Positions 1 to 10,864 of a DNA stretch of 64,000 bases are shown piece by piece; the first letter of the stretch is position 1, and the number at the start of each line of letters is the position of its first letter. Below the pieces are notes generated by a model. It had not been told where the DNA came from. It searched no databases and saw nothing but the letters and a program-made list of their open reading frames with translations. This stretch comes from Acidobacteriota bacterium (GTDB lineage: Bacteria > Acidobacteriota > Thermoanaerobaculia > Gp7-AA8). The translations under genes and the position numbers were made by a program. The stretch covers positions 128,001-192,000 of the forward strand of contig JAFATB010000019.1 in the NCBI GenBank assembly GCA_019244185.1, given 5' to 3'.

Positions 1-11
1 TGCCGCGCGAC

Positions 12-842
12 ATGAGCGACGCGCTGCGCGCGACCTTTCGCCGCGTCCTGCGGCTCGAGAATCGCCGGCAGGTCATCCGCTCCGGCCGCATCGAGCGCAT
101 CAGCGGCTTCGCATCCGGGATCCTCGGCAACGCGCGCGAGATCACGGTCTATCTCCCCGCCGGCTACGACGAGCGCGACGACCGCCGCTATCCCGTGCTG
201 TACATGCAGGACGGGCAGAATCTCTTCGACTCCGAACGCGCGTTCATCCCCGGCCAGCACTGGCGCCTCGGCGAGTCCGCCGACCTCGCGATCGGCGAGC
301 GCACGGCGTCTCCGATGATCATCGTCGGCGTCGACAACGCCGGCCCCGCGCGCATCGACGAGTACACGCCCGTGCGCGACGCGAAGCACAACGGCGGCGG
401 CCGCGCCGACGACTATGGCCGCATGCTCATCGAGGAGCTGAAGCCGCAGATCGACGAGCGTTTCCGCACGATTCCCGATGACACCGCGATCGGCGGCTCG
501 TCCCTCGGCGGACTCGTGTCGCTGCATCTCGCATTGCAACGTCCCGATGTGTTTCATCGCGCGGCAGTGATGTCGCCTTCCGTGTGGTGGTCGGATCGCG
601 CGGTGCTCGGCACCGTCGACGCGTTCGACGGTCCGCGACCGCGGCTCTGGCTCGACATCGGCGGCCGCGAGGGCACCGAAGCGCTCACCGATGCGCGCAC
701 GCTGCGCGACCGCCTCCGCGCGAAGGGGTGGAAAGACGACGAGGACTTCCGCTACTTCGAGGATCGCCGCGCCGATCACAGCGAGCGCGCGTGGGCCAAA
801 CGGGCGCGGCAGGTGCTGGAGTTTTTGTTCCCGCCAGCGTAG
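12..842 (+). CDS. alpha/beta-hydrolase fold esterase (Fes/IroE-like putative esterase family)
   Basis: YPVLYMQDGQNLF, nucleophile motif GSSLG, C-terminal catalytic His region (ADHSERAW). Confidence 0.85.
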   Translation: MSDALRATFRRVLRLENRRQVIRSGRIERISGFASGILGNAREITVYLPAGYDERDDRRYPVLYMQDGQNLFDSERAFIPGQHWRLGESADLAIGERTASPMIIVGVDNAGPARIDEYTPVRDAKHNGGGRADDYGRMLIEELKPQIDERFRTIPDDTAIGGSSLGGLVSLHLALQRPDVFHRAAVMSPSVWWSDRAVLGTVDAFDGPRPRLWLDIGGREGTEALTDARTLRDRLRAKGWKDDEDFRYFEDRRADHSERAWAKRARQVLEFLFPPA

Positions 843-854
843 TTTCGGCTCGCA

Positions 855-1865
855 ATGACGGCGCCGCGCGATGCGCTCGACCGGCCCATCCGCGATCTTC
901 GGATCTCGGTCACGGACCGCTGTAACTTCCGCTGCACGTACTGCATGCCGAAGGAGGTCTTCGGCCGCGACTTCGCGTTCCTGCGCCGCGACGAGCTGCT
1001 GACGTTCGAGGAGATCGCGCGCCTCGCACGCGTCTTCGTCCGCGCGGGCGTCGAGAAGGTGCGCCTCACCGGCGGCGAGCCGCTGCTCCGCCGCGATCTC
1101 GAGTCGCTCGTCGCCCAACTCGCCGCGACCGGCGTGCGCGATCTCGCGCTGACGACGAACGGCTCGCTGCTAACGCGCGCGAAAGCACGCGGCCTGCACG
1201 ACGCCGGCCTGCATCGTGTGACCATCAGCCTCGACTCGCTCGATGACGCGATGTTCCGCGCGATGAACGACGTCGACTTTCCGGTGACGCGCGTGCTCGA
1301 CGCCATCGACGCCGCCGCGGACGCGGGGCTCACTCCCGTGAAGATCGACGTGGTCGTGAAGCGCGGGATGAACGACCGTGACATCCCCGCGATCGCGGAA
1401 CGCTTCCGCGGCACCGGTCACATCGTTCGCTTCATCGAGTACATGGACGTCGGCAACTCGAACGGCTGGCGCATCGACGATGTCGTCTCCGGCCGCGAGA
1501 TCCTGGAGACGCTGCAGCGCAACTGGCCGCTCGTCCCCGCCGATCGCGAGTACTTCGGCGAGGTCGCGGAACGCTGGCACTACGCCGACGGCGCTGGCGA
1601 GATCGGGATCATCACGTCCGTCACGCAGCCGTTCTGCGGCAGCTGCACCCGCGCCCGCCTGGCCGCGAACGGCGAGCTCTATCTCTGCCTCTTCGCCTCA
1701 CGCGGCCACGATCTCCGCGCCCTGCTCCGCCGCGGCGCCACCGACGACGAGCTGTTCGCGACGATCGCCGGCATCTGGAGCACACGCACCGACCGCTACT
1801 CCGAGGTGCGCGCCGACGCGACGCCCGACCTGCGCAAAGTCGAGATGTCGCACATCGGGGGATGA
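855..1865 (+). CDS. moaA: GTP 3',8-cyclase (molybdenum cofactor biosynthesis)
   Basis: [16 protein letters not shown] radical-SAM motif, second cluster [10 protein letters not shown]...C, C-terminal MSHIGG. Confidence 0.97.
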   Translation: MTAPRDALDRPIRDLRISVTDRCNFRCTYCMPKEVFGRDFAFLRRDELLTFEEIARLARVFVRAGVEKVRLTGGEPLLRRDLESLVAQLAATGVRDLALTTNGSLLTRAKARGLHDAGLHRVTISLDSLDDAMFRAMNDVDFPVTRVLDAIDAAADAGLTPVKIDVVVKRGMNDRDIPAIAERFRGTGHIVRFIEYMDVGNSNGWRIDDVVSGREILETLQRNWPLVPADREYFGEVAERWHYADGAGEIGIITSVTQPFCGSCTRARLAANGELYLCLFASRGHDLRALLRRGATDDELFATIAGIWSTRTDRYSEVRADATPDLRKVEMSHIGG

Positions 1866-2033
1866 CCGACCCAGAGCGCCTCCGGCGGGCCGGCGCGGCC
1901 GGCAGCGCTAAGGGCCTAGCCATTACGCACGTGCGGCTGCAGTCAACGTCATTCAAGGCAACGCACGTGCGGATAGGCTAAGCCCTTAGCGCTGCCGGCC
2001 GCGCCGGCCCGCCGGAGGCGCTCCCCGGTCGGT
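1865..2033. repeat. ~170 bp palindromic repeat (REPIN/MITE-like), copy 1
   Basis: ~57 bp near-perfect inverted arms (1865-1921 / 1976-2033); homologous copy at 45049-45214. Confidence 0.9.
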
Positions 2034-2206
2034 TACTCCCGTCCGCCGTTGTACTTCTCCTTCGACGAGCTCGGCACGGTCGACAGGGCGACGGCGTTCT
2101 TGGTCGGCAGCGATGACTTGGGGCCGAACGGCTGCACGCGCGCGGTGTAGGTGCGCTCGCGCATCGCGCGGCCTTCCTTGATCTCCTGAATCTGGCTCTT
2201 CTTCAT
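2033..2206 (-). CDS. small hypothetical protein (57 aa, MKKSQIQEIK...)
   Basis: ATG overlaps the UDG stop (ATGA coupling); GC3-rich codons. Confidence 0.55.
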   Translation of the reverse strand: MKKSQIQEIKEGRAMRERTYTARVQPFGPKSSLPTKNAVALSTVPSSSKEKYNGGRE

Positions 2207-2862
2207 GACCGCGGATTTTGCGACAGTCGGGCCATTCCTTCGACGAAAAGGTTCTTGCCGCCTTGGGACGGATGGCGGACTTTCGTGTGCTCGATGCCGA
2301 GGCGCTGGAGGCTGAGGGACGCGTGATTGCCGATCGCGACGAGTTGGGTGAAGGGAAAGAGCGCGAGGAGGCGTTCGATGAACGGTTGTCCGGCGAGCAG
2401 CTCGGCGGCGGTCGGTGCGCGGTTCGAGTCGGGAGTATCGGCGTCGAAGGGATGGAACGGGAACGCGTTCCAGAGCATCGGCAGCGGTGAGATCGTCTTG
2501 ATCGTGCCCCACACCATCGTCGCGCTGGCTTCGGTGGAGAGGCGCGGACCGGCGGTGGCTTTGCGGTAGCCGCGGTCGGCGCCGAGGATCGGGCCGCTGG
2601 TGGTGGAGACCCCGCCGAGCATCACGCTCTCGCTGACGAACGGGATGCCGGTGAGGCGTCCGCCGCGATAGCTCGGAGCCTCGCCGATGAGCAGCATGCG
2701 CGGCGCGATGGATTCGAGTTGTTCGAGATAGAGCCGCAGATTGCGGCGGCGGATCGCGTTCATCGGCAGGTCGCCTTCGAAGCGCGAGTACTGATTGCAC
2801 GCGCGTTCGGAGACCTCGACCTCGCTGAGCTCGCGGAGGAGCTTGTCGAAGCGCCGCGTCAC
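2203..2862 (-). CDS. uracil-DNA glycosylase superfamily protein
   Basis: LIGEAPSYRGGRLTGIPF motif 1, WNAFPFHP, RHPS motif 2; GTG overlaps the upstream gene stop (GTGA). Confidence 0.85.
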   Translation of the reverse strand: MTRRFDKLLRELSEVEVSERACNQYSRFEGDLPMNAIRRRNLRLYLEQLESIAPRMLLIGEAPSYRGGRLTGIPFVSESVMLGGVSTTSGPILGADRGYRKATAGPRLSTEASATMVWGTIKTISPLPMLWNAFPFHPFDADTPDSNRAPTAAELLAGQPFIERLLALFPFTQLVAIGNHASLSLQRLGIEHTKVRHPSQGGKNLFVEGMARLSQNPRS

Positions 2863-4697
2863 CACCCGCCGCCGCCTCCGCCGCCCGAGCTCGCGCCGCC
2901 TCCGCTGCTGCTCGACGACGGCGCCGAGACTCCGGCGGACATCGCGCCGACCGCCACCGCCCACGAGCCGGTCGCGCCCGCGCCGCCGAAGGCACCTCCG
3001 CCGCCGGTCCATGACGAGCCGGACGAGCCGGATGACGATGACGAGGACGACGACCACGTCGCCGTGTTCATCGTGTGCGCCGACGCGCCGCCGTACGCGC
3101 GGAACCAACGGTCAACGTGTTTACCAAGTCCGAAGGCGAGCACGTAGGGGAACCATTCGTCGCGCAGCGCGGGGTTCGGCAGCGCGAGCTGCTGCGCGAA
3201 GAAGTCACGCGCGCCGGCGATGCGCTTGCGGAAGCGGATCTTCTCGGGCGCGTCCTGAATCTTCATCAGATCGATGGCCAGCCAGAGCACGGCCAGGGCG
3301 AGCGCGGTGAGGCCGGCGATCGTCAGCGGCTCGAGTCCCCACGTCGACGCATTGAGGCAGCAGAGGAGCGCCGGCAGGCTCGCCAGCGTGCACCCCACCG
3401 TGGCGCTGATGAACGCCCCGCGAGTATGCGCGATCGCTTTCCGTGCCGCCGATGCGGCGATGACCCATGCGAAGACGGCGAAGAAGAACGTCAGGAAGCC
3501 GCCCAGCGCGGCGGCCATGCGGTTCGGCTCGTCCGGCGCGCGCACGCCGGCGACGATGACCATCGCGGCAGCGGCGAGGAATACGAGCACGCGTGGCCCG
3601 AGGATGAAGCGCGGCGACGTCAGCTGCCATTCGGGACGCGTCTGCAGCTGCGCGAGCACGCCGTCGGAGATCGCCTTGCCGGGATCGAAGCCGCTGCTGC
3701 GGTAATGCTTCTTGATCGCGTCGGTGTCGGTCTCGATGCGGCCGTCGAAGAAGAGCTTCGCGATCAGCGCGCCTTCGTAATCGCGCAGCGAATTGCGATC
3801 GACCTTCAGCGTGAGGTGCAGCACGTCGTCGTCGACGCGCGTGGCGAGCTTTCCCTCCTGCGTCATGCGCGCGAGCGTGGCCGCGACTTCCGCGGAGCCG
3901 ACGTCGTCGTCCCACGCCGCGCCCGCGATTTCGGGCGGCAGCTCGAGCAGCAGCGGATCGAAGCGCGGCTCGACTTTGTCGAAGCGGCCGGTGGGGCGTT
4001 CGCCGGCGATGAAGGAGACGACGAGCAGCGCGACGATCGCGAGAAATCCGAGAAGAAACCCGCGGCCGATCCAGCGCGGCAGCACGCCCGCGACGCCGGA
4101 CGGTGCGCGCGCGCCGGCGTACGTCAGCTGCTCGCGGACGATCACGTGCTCGCCCGGTGCGAGATGCTCGCGCGTGAGCGCGACCGGCGTCGCGCCGCTC
4201 CAGACCGGGTCGAACGTCACGTGCAGCGTGAAGCGCTCGACCTCGCCGGAACGTTCGGGGAGTCCGAAGTCGTGCGCGAGCGAATAGCCGGTGCCGCCTT
4301 CGGGCACGAGCACGTTCGACTCGACGTAATCGAGCACGTACGTGAGCTCTTGATTGCTGAACGGCGGATCGCTCGGCAGGCGGCTGCGCCAGCGCAGCAC
4401 GCCGTGCGATGTGAACGCGTAGCGATCGACGGCGTCGAGGTTGCCTTCTTCGAGCGCGATCTCACGTCCGCCATCGATGCGCTTCACGCTGTTGAGCGTG
4501 ATCTCCTGTTTTCCGCGCAGATTGAACGAGCGCTCGCCGCCGTTCCAGTCGCCGTCGAACACCATCGCCTGGCGCTCGACGACGTGCAGGTAGCCTTCCG
4601 CGTCGAGATGCGCATCGACGTCGATCGACGTCCAGTGCAGTGTTTTTCCAAAGAGCGGCGATGCGAGGAACAGCAGGAGTACAGCGGTACGGCGCAT
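2859..4697 (-). CDS. DUF2207-type membrane protein
   Basis: signal peptide, multiple TM helices, PYVLAFGL, Ser/Gly-rich tail ending GGGGGGW. Confidence 0.85.
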   Translation of the reverse strand: MRRTAVLLLFLASPLFGKTLHWTSIDVDAHLDAEGYLHVVERQAMVFDGDWNGGERSFNLRGKQEITLNSVKRIDGGREIALEEGNLDAVDRYAFTSHGVLRWRSRLPSDPPFSNQELTYVLDYVESNVLVPEGGTGYSLAHDFGLPERSGEVERFTLHVTFDPVWSGATPVALTREHLAPGEHVIVREQLTYAGARAPSGVAGVLPRWIGRGFLLGFLAIVALLVVSFIAGERPTGRFDKVEPRFDPLLLELPPEIAGAAWDDDVGSAEVAATLARMTQEGKLATRVDDDVLHLTLKVDRNSLRDYEGALIAKLFFDGRIETDTDAIKKHYRSSGFDPGKAISDGVLAQLQTRPEWQLTSPRFILGPRVLVFLAAAAMVIVAGVRAPDEPNRMAAALGGFLTFFFAVFAWVIAASAARKAIAHTRGAFISATVGCTLASLPALLCCLNASTWGLEPLTIAGLTALALAVLWLAIDLMKIQDAPEKIRFRKRIAGARDFFAQQLALPNPALRDEWFPYVLAFGLGKHVDRWFRAYGGASAHTMNTATWSSSSSSSSGSSGSSWTGGGGAFGGAGATGSWAVAVGAMSAGVSAPSSSSSGGGASSGGGGGGGW

Positions 4698-4730
4698 CCG
4701 GCGATTCTACGCGCGTGCGCGCCGCGGCCT

Positions 4731-5882
4731 TCAGTGCCGCACGCCGCGCCGGCGCGGACCGGCGCCTGTTTCCGACGCGATGTGATACAGCGCGCCCGCG
4801 TCGTAGTCGGCCACGTACAACTCGCCGGCGACGTCTTCGCCGAACGTGCTGATGGCCAAGTCGGTGTCGAGCAGCGTGCGCGCGGTGATGCTGCCGTTGC
4901 TGAGGCGCGTGGCGCCGTCGATGCGGCCGTTGCAGTAATCGCCGTAGACGTACGTTCCGACGAGCCGCGGATAGCGCGCGCCGCGATAGACGTAGCCGCC
5001 GGTGATCGAGCAAGCGCCGTCGTCGTGCCCGTATTCGAGCACCGGCAGCACGAACGATATGTCGCCGCAGTTGGTCGCCGGGTTGAAGCAATGCGTCCCT
5101 TCCATGCGTCGCCAGCCGTAGTTCTCGCCGCCGATGCTGCTCGCGGGCTGGAAGTCGATCTCTTCCCAGTCGCCCTGGCCGACGTCGGCGATCCAGAGGT
5201 CGCCGGTCGTGCGATCGAAGGAGAAGCGCCAGGGATTGCGCAGCCCGTACGCCCAGATCTCGCCGCGCGCGCCGGCGTGTCCGACGAACGGATTCGAGGC
5301 GGGCACGGTGTAGCCGCTCGTGTTGCGGACGTCGATGCGCAGCAGCTTGCCGAGGAGCTCGCCCAGGTTCTGCGCGCGATTGCCGGGATCGCCACCGGAG
5401 CCGCCGTCGCCCATGCCGATGTACAGAAAGCCATCCGGGCCGAACTGCAGCTGTCCGCCGTTATGGTTGACGAACGGCTGATCGATCGTGAGCAGCACGC
5501 GCGCGGACGCGGGATCGGCGCGATTCGGATCGCTCGACGACACGGAGTAGCGCGCGATCACGGTGTCGCCGTTGCCGGCGCGCGCGGTGTAGTCGACGTA
5601 GAAGAAGCCGTTGTGCGCGAAATCGGGATCGAACGCGACGCTGAGCAGTCCCTGCTCGCCGCCATAGAGAACGAGCGCCCGGATGTCGAGAAACGGCTCG
5701 GGCACCAGACGCGTGCCGTCGAAGATCCTCACGCGCCCCGGCTGCTCGGTAATGAAGAGTCGCGCGTCGCCGGCGTGCGTGACGGAAACGGGATGGTCGA
5801 GACCGCTCACGACCGGCTCGAGCGAGATCGTTTGCGCGAGCGCGGGAATGGCAACGAAGAGGACGACGAGGAGCCGTTTCAT
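4731..5882 (-). CDS. PQQ-dependent sugar dehydrogenase (Asd/YliI-like beta-propeller)
   Basis: signal peptide, GEQGLL, NHNGG, GDGG, YGLRNPWR, NYGW; C-terminus GPRRRGVRH. Confidence 0.92.
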   Translation of the reverse strand: MKRLLVVLFVAIPALAQTISLEPVVSGLDHPVSVTHAGDARLFITEQPGRVRIFDGTRLVPEPFLDIRALVLYGGEQGLLSVAFDPDFAHNGFFYVDYTARAGNGDTVIARYSVSSSDPNRADPASARVLLTIDQPFVNHNGGQLQFGPDGFLYIGMGDGGSGGDPGNRAQNLGELLGKLLRIDVRNTSGYTVPASNPFVGHAGARGEIWAYGLRNPWRFSFDRTTGDLWIADVGQGDWEEIDFQPASSIGGENYGWRRMEGTHCFNPATNCGDISFVLPVLEYGHDDGACSITGGYVYRGARYPRLVGTYVYGDYCNGRIDGATRLSNGSITARTLLDTDLAISTFGEDVAGELYVADYDAGALYHIASETGAGPRRRGVRH

Positions 5883-5946
5883 ACGAGCGCTTCCATGCAA
5901 GGATCGGGAACGATTCTTGAGATCGAACGGCGCGGAGGGACACCGA

Positions 5947-6120
5947 ATGGGAACGATTGATCAACCCAAGCCGAGTGCGCCGAAGTCGCCGCAGCCGGAC
6001 GTGCAGCCGCTGCAGCCGGGCGAGACCGTCATCTCGCGCTCGAATTCCGCCGATCCGCAGCGCGTCAATCACCAGACGCCGGACTCTCAGCACGAGAAGT
6101 TCCGCGACGAGGAGCGATAA
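5947..6120 (+). CDS. small hydrophilic hypothetical protein (57 aa)
   Basis: GGAGGG SD ~7 nt before ATG; biased codon usage. Confidence 0.6.
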   Translation: MGTIDQPKPSAPKSPQPDVQPLQPGETVISRSNSADPQRVNHQTPDSQHEKFRDEER

Positions 6121-6171
6121 ACCACTGGCGTTGCGCGGCGGCAGCGTTCGCGCCGCGCGACGCTCACCCGC

Positions 6172-8076
6172 ATGTCCTTCGTCGACCGCCTGCTCGGCCG
6201 CCGCCTCGCCTCGTGGGAGACGGAGGACGCGAAGATCGGCGCGTTCCGCGGCGTTCCGGTCCTCGGGCTCGACGGGCTGGCGTCCGCGGCATACGGTCCC
6301 GAGGCCGCGCTCGCGATTCTGATTCCCCTCGGCGCGATCGGTCTGCGCTACATCGCACCGATCACCGCGGTCGTTCTCGGGCTGCTGGCGATTCTCTATT
6401 TCTCGTACCGGCAGACGATCGCCGCGTATCCGAACGGCGGCGGCTCGTACATCGTCGCGCGCGAGAACCTCGGCACGCGCATGGGGCTGCTCTCCGCGGC
6501 CGCGCTGCTGCTCGATTACATCCTGAACGTCGCCGTCGGCATTTCCGCGGGCGTCGGCGCGCTCGTCTCGGCGGTGCCCGCGCTGCACGCGCACATTCTT
6601 TCGCTATGTCTCGGCGTGCTCGTGCTCATCGCGATCCTGAACCTGCGCGGCGTGCGCGAGTCGTCGACCACGTTCGCCGTGCCGACGTATTTCTTCGTCG
6701 CTTCCCTCGGGACGGTCATGCTGATCGGCGTCTATAAGGCGATCGTGAGCGGCGGACATCCGCAACCGCTCGCGCCGATCCCCGCGACGGCGGCGGCGAC
6801 GACGACCGCGAGTCTCTGGCTGCTGCTGCGGTCGTTCGCGAGCGGCTGCACCGCGATGACGGGCGTCGAAGCGGTGAGCAACGGCGTGCCGATCTTCAAG
6901 GAGCCACCGGTTGTACACGCGCATCGCGCGCTCACCGCGATCGTGGCGATCCTCGGCTGTCTGCTCGCCGGCATCGCCTATCTCTCACACGCGTATGGCA
7001 TCACCGCGATGGACCAGCAGCAGCCGGGCTATCAGAGCATTCTCTCGTCGCTCGTGGCGGCGGTGGTCGGACGCGGGTTCTTCTACTACGTTACGCTCGC
7101 GGCGGTGCTCGCCGTGCTGTCGCTCTCCGCGAACACGAGCTTCGCCGATTTCCCGCGCCTCTGCCGCGTCATCGCCGAGGACGAGTATCTGCCGCACGCG
7201 TTCGCGAACGTCGGACGGCGGCTCGTCTACTCGGGCGGCATCATCGTGCTGACGGTCCTCGCCGGCGGATTGCTGATCGCGTTCGGCGGCATTACGGACC
7301 GTCTCATTCCGCTGTTCGCCGTCGGCGCGTTCGGCGCGTTCACGACATCACAGGCGGGCATGGTCGTGCACTGGAAGCGCATCGGCGCGCGGAAGCACTG
7401 GCATTCGCTCGCCATCAACGCCGTCGGCGCGGTCGTCACCGGCGTGGCGCTCGTCGTGATCATCATCGCGAAATTCAAGGAAGGCGCGTGGATCACGCTG
7501 GTGCTGATCCCGGCGATGCTGCTGATCTTCCGCGGCACGCGCCGCCATTACGCGATGGTGGACCGGCAGATGTCGTTCGACGCCGGCGCGATCGACGTGA
7601 CGCCGGAAGTCGAGCCGCCCGTCGTGGTGGTGCCGATCAAAGGCTGGAACAACCTCGCCGCGAAAGCGATCCGCTTCGCGATGACGATGTCGCCGAACGT
7701 CGTCGCCGTGCACGTGTTCACGGATCCGCAGCAAGCTGAGGAACTGCGCGCGCAATGGTCCGAGCACGTTGAGACGCCGCTGCGCGACACGACTCTGCGC
7801 ACGCCCAAGCTCGTGCTGCTGTCGTCACCCTACCGCCGCCTCTTCGGCCCGATCGTGCAGTACGTCGATCACCTGCGCCAGGAGTGCAGCGGCACGATCG
7901 CCGTGATCCTCCCCGATCTCGTCGAGGGCCGCTGGTGGGAGTATCTCCTGCACACGCACCGAGCCGGCGTGCTGCGTTCGTTGTTGTTGTTGAAGGGAAG
8001 CCAGCGCGTCGTCGTGATCAGCGTGCCCTGGTACCTGGAACGCCGCCGCAACAGTCGCTCCAAAGACGCGCCCTGA
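6172..8076 (+). CDS. APC-superfamily permease, KimA/YdaO-like K+ transporter
   Basis: DGLASAAYGPE, YPNGGGSY, TGVEAVSNGVP, ~12 TM helices plus cytoplasmic C-terminal domain. Confidence 0.88.
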   Translation: MSFVDRLLGRRLASWETEDAKIGAFRGVPVLGLDGLASAAYGPEAALAILIPLGAIGLRYIAPITAVVLGLLAILYFSYRQTIAAYPNGGGSYIVARENLGTRMGLLSAAALLLDYILNVAVGISAGVGALVSAVPALHAHILSLCLGVLVLIAILNLRGVRESSTTFAVPTYFFVASLGTVMLIGVYKAIVSGGHPQPLAPIPATAAATTTASLWLLLRSFASGCTAMTGVEAVSNGVPIFKEPPVVHAHRALTAIVAILGCLLAGIAYLSHAYGITAMDQQQPGYQSILSSLVAAVVGRGFFYYVTLAAVLAVLSLSANTSFADFPRLCRVIAEDEYLPHAFANVGRRLVYSGGIIVLTVLAGGLLIAFGGITDRLIPLFAVGAFGAFTTSQAGMVVHWKRIGARKHWHSLAINAVGAVVTGVALVVIIIAKFKEGAWITLVLIPAMLLIFRGTRRHYAMVDRQMSFDAGAIDVTPEVEPPVVVVPIKGWNNLAAKAIRFAMTMSPNVVAVHVFTDPQQAEELRAQWSEHVETPLRDTTLRTPKLVLLSSPYRRLFGPIVQYVDHLRQECSGTIAVILPDLVEGRWWEYLLHTHRAGVLRSLLLLKGSQRVVVISVPWYLERRRNSRSKDAP

Positions 8077-8171
8077 AATCCGCACGCTCTCGCCGCCGCT
8101 CAGCCGCGCGCAAGCGCCGGCTGCCGCGCGGCGAACGACCGCGGCCCGCAGGGTCCGCGTGTCGTTGTAGA

Positions 8172-8519
8172 TGGAGGCGGCGGGAATCGAACCCGCGTCC
8201 GAAAACAGTGGCAGCCTGGCTCCTACATGCTTAGCTCTTCGTTTGATCTCGTCCACGGCCTGTCCGGAGAGCGGGAACCGGACGTGGACCAGCCTCTTGA
8301 TCTCGCGGACGCGCGCGTAGGCGTTGCGCGCGCCGCCAGCTCACATCATGACGCTCGTTCCATCACCGTGAGCGAGTGATGGAGGAGCGCTCGAGGTCAA
8401 TTAAGCCGCGAGGGCAAAGTCGCTGTTCGCGATTGCGTGTTTTGATCGGTTTAACGAGGTGATCCGCTCGGCATGCAACCATGACCCCGACGTGTTCCCG
8501 TCGAAGCCGGTGCGCCCCC
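8172..8519 (-). ncRNA. ssrA: tmRNA; tag peptide (A)ANSDFALAA* encoded at 8430-8401
   Basis: 5' GGGGGCG...GGCTTCGACG, 3' T-arm GGTTCGATTCCC and CGCCTCCA acceptor; internal tag ORF ends ALAA-TAA; 3' CCA not genome-encoded. Confidence 0.96.
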
Positions 8520-8578
8520 AGATTGTCAACGAACCACGATGCAAAACGGCTGGCATGCTGCCAGAATTTCGCTCCGAC

Positions 8579-9403
8579 ATGGATCCGCACGAGCTAGAAC
8601 GCATCGTCCGCACCGCCTTCGCCGAAGACCTCCCGGACATCACGAGCGAGGCCATCTTTGCGCCGTCCGATCGCGGCGCGGCGAAGTTTCTCATGAAGGC
8701 CGAAGGTGTCATCGCCGGGCTCGCCGCCATCGAAACGGTCTTTCGTCTGCTCGATGAGAGCGCACGCGTGAGGTTGCACGCGGAGGACGGCGACGCGGTC
8801 GCGCCTGGTGATGTGATCGCGGAGGTCGAGGCGTCGGTGATTGCGCTCCTGTCGGGCGAACGCACGGCGCTCAATTTGCTGCAACGCGCGTCGGGCATCG
8901 CCACGGCGACACGCCGCTACGTCGACGCGGTACGCGGCACGCGCGCGCGCATCTACGACACGCGCAAAACCGCGCCGGGACTGCGCATGCTCGACAAAGA
9001 GGCAGTGCGGGCGGGAGGCGGCGAGAACCACCGCATCGGCCTGCACGACATGTTTCTCGTGAAAAACAACCACGTCGACCGCGCCGGCTCCATCACCGCG
9101 GCCGTGCAGCGCATCCGCGCGAAGCAGATGCCGCAGCCGATCATGGTCGAGGTGCGCAACCGTAAAGAGCTCGACGAGGCGCTCGCGCAGACGCCCGACT
9201 TCATCCTCCTCGACAACATGTCGCACGACGAGATGTGCGAGGCCGTCGAACGCACCGCGGGACGCGTGCCGCTCGAGGCCTCCGGCGGCATCACGCTCGA
9301 CACCATCCGCGCCGTCGCCGAGACCGGCGTCGACCGCATCTCCATCGGCGCGCTGACGCATTCGGTGACCGCGCTCGACATCTCGATGCGCATCCATCGC
9401 TGA
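8579..9403 (+). CDS. nadC: quinolinate phosphoribosyltransferase
   Basis: GERTALNLLQ, DTRKTAPG, NHRIGL, LLDNM, LEASGGI, ISIGALTHS. Confidence 0.96.
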   Translation: MDPHELERIVRTAFAEDLPDITSEAIFAPSDRGAAKFLMKAEGVIAGLAAIETVFRLLDESARVRLHAEDGDAVAPGDVIAEVEASVIALLSGERTALNLLQRASGIATATRRYVDAVRGTRARIYDTRKTAPGLRMLDKEAVRAGGGENHRIGLHDMFLVKNNHVDRAGSITAAVQRIRAKQMPQPIMVEVRNRKELDEALAQTPDFILLDNMSHDEMCEAVERTAGRVPLEASGGITLDTIRAVAETGVDRISIGALTHSVTALDISMRIHR

Positions 9404-9411
9404 CAACGTCG

Positions 9412-9426
9412 TGGCACGCTCGTTGC
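9412..9426 (+). promoter_or_regulatory. sigma54 (-24/-12) promoter candidate
   Basis: TGGCACG-ctcg-TTGC, exact GG-N10-GC spacing, 14 nt before the diguanylate cyclase ATG. Confidence 0.65.
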
Positions 9427-9440
9427 CGCCGCGTCTGCCG

Positions 9441-10421
<981 letters not shown>

Positions 10422-10445
10422 ACGTTTGGCGCGCCGAGCGGCGCG

Positions 10446-10766
10446 CTACGAAGCCGCGAGCGCGAGCTCGCGCTTGCAGCGATCGATCTCCGCGCGCAGG
10501 TTCAGCACGTGCTGCTGCACCTTCTCCTCGAGCCCCTCGGCGCCCTCGTTCGTCTCGAGCACTTTCTCGAGTGCCGCGGCGTCGGTCGAGATCCGCTGAA
10601 AGCCGTAGCTGCCGCCCGAGCCTTTCAGCTGATGCGCGAGGTACGTGAGGCGATCCTGCGCCTCGCGCGTGCGAACGCTCTCGAGCGCCGTCTGCATCTC
10701 GTCGACTTTGCCTCGCGCCTCGTCGAGGAACTCCCGTTTCAGTTCATCCAGCTCGTGATCCACCAT
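10446..10766 (-). CDS. stand-alone Hpt (histidine phosphotransfer) protein
   Basis: AHQLKGSGGSYGF motif in a helical bundle. Confidence 0.9.
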   Translation of the reverse strand: MVDHELDELKREFLDEARGKVDEMQTALESVRTREAQDRLTYLAHQLKGSGGSYGFQRISTDAAALEKVLETNEGAEGLEEKVQQHVLNLRAEIDRCKRELALAAS

Positions 10767-10788
10767 CGGCATACCCGGCCGCGGTCGT

Positions 10789-10804
10789 TGCACGGGATGT
10801 GCCG
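10789..10804 (-). promoter_or_regulatory. sigma54-like promoter candidate for the Hpt gene
   Basis: minus strand CGGCACatcccGTGCA, GG-N10-GC spacing. Confidence 0.45.
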
Positions 10805-10864
10805 CCGCGCCCGCCGTGTGAGGCATGTCTCACGGCACGCGTGTCTTATGATGACGCGGAGGTC

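Noticed and set aside
3075-5960. 961 aa + strand ORF (and similar ones, e.g. 47462-50428, 45286-47502, 42101-43933)
   Set aside because: Antisense shadows of clearly recognisable genes, a typical artefact of high-GC DNA with few stop codons.
6121-6171. Possible ydaO/c-di-AMP riboswitch before the KimA-like permease
   Set aside because: The gap is only 51 nt and has no recognisable riboswitch motif.
8100-8172. Integration site at the ssrA 3' end
   Set aside because: No integrase and no duplicated ssrA end nearby.
8401-8904. 167 aa minus-strand ORF ending ANSDFALAA
   Set aside because: Only the last 9 codons are meaningful (tmRNA tag); the rest overlaps ssrA and nadC antisense.
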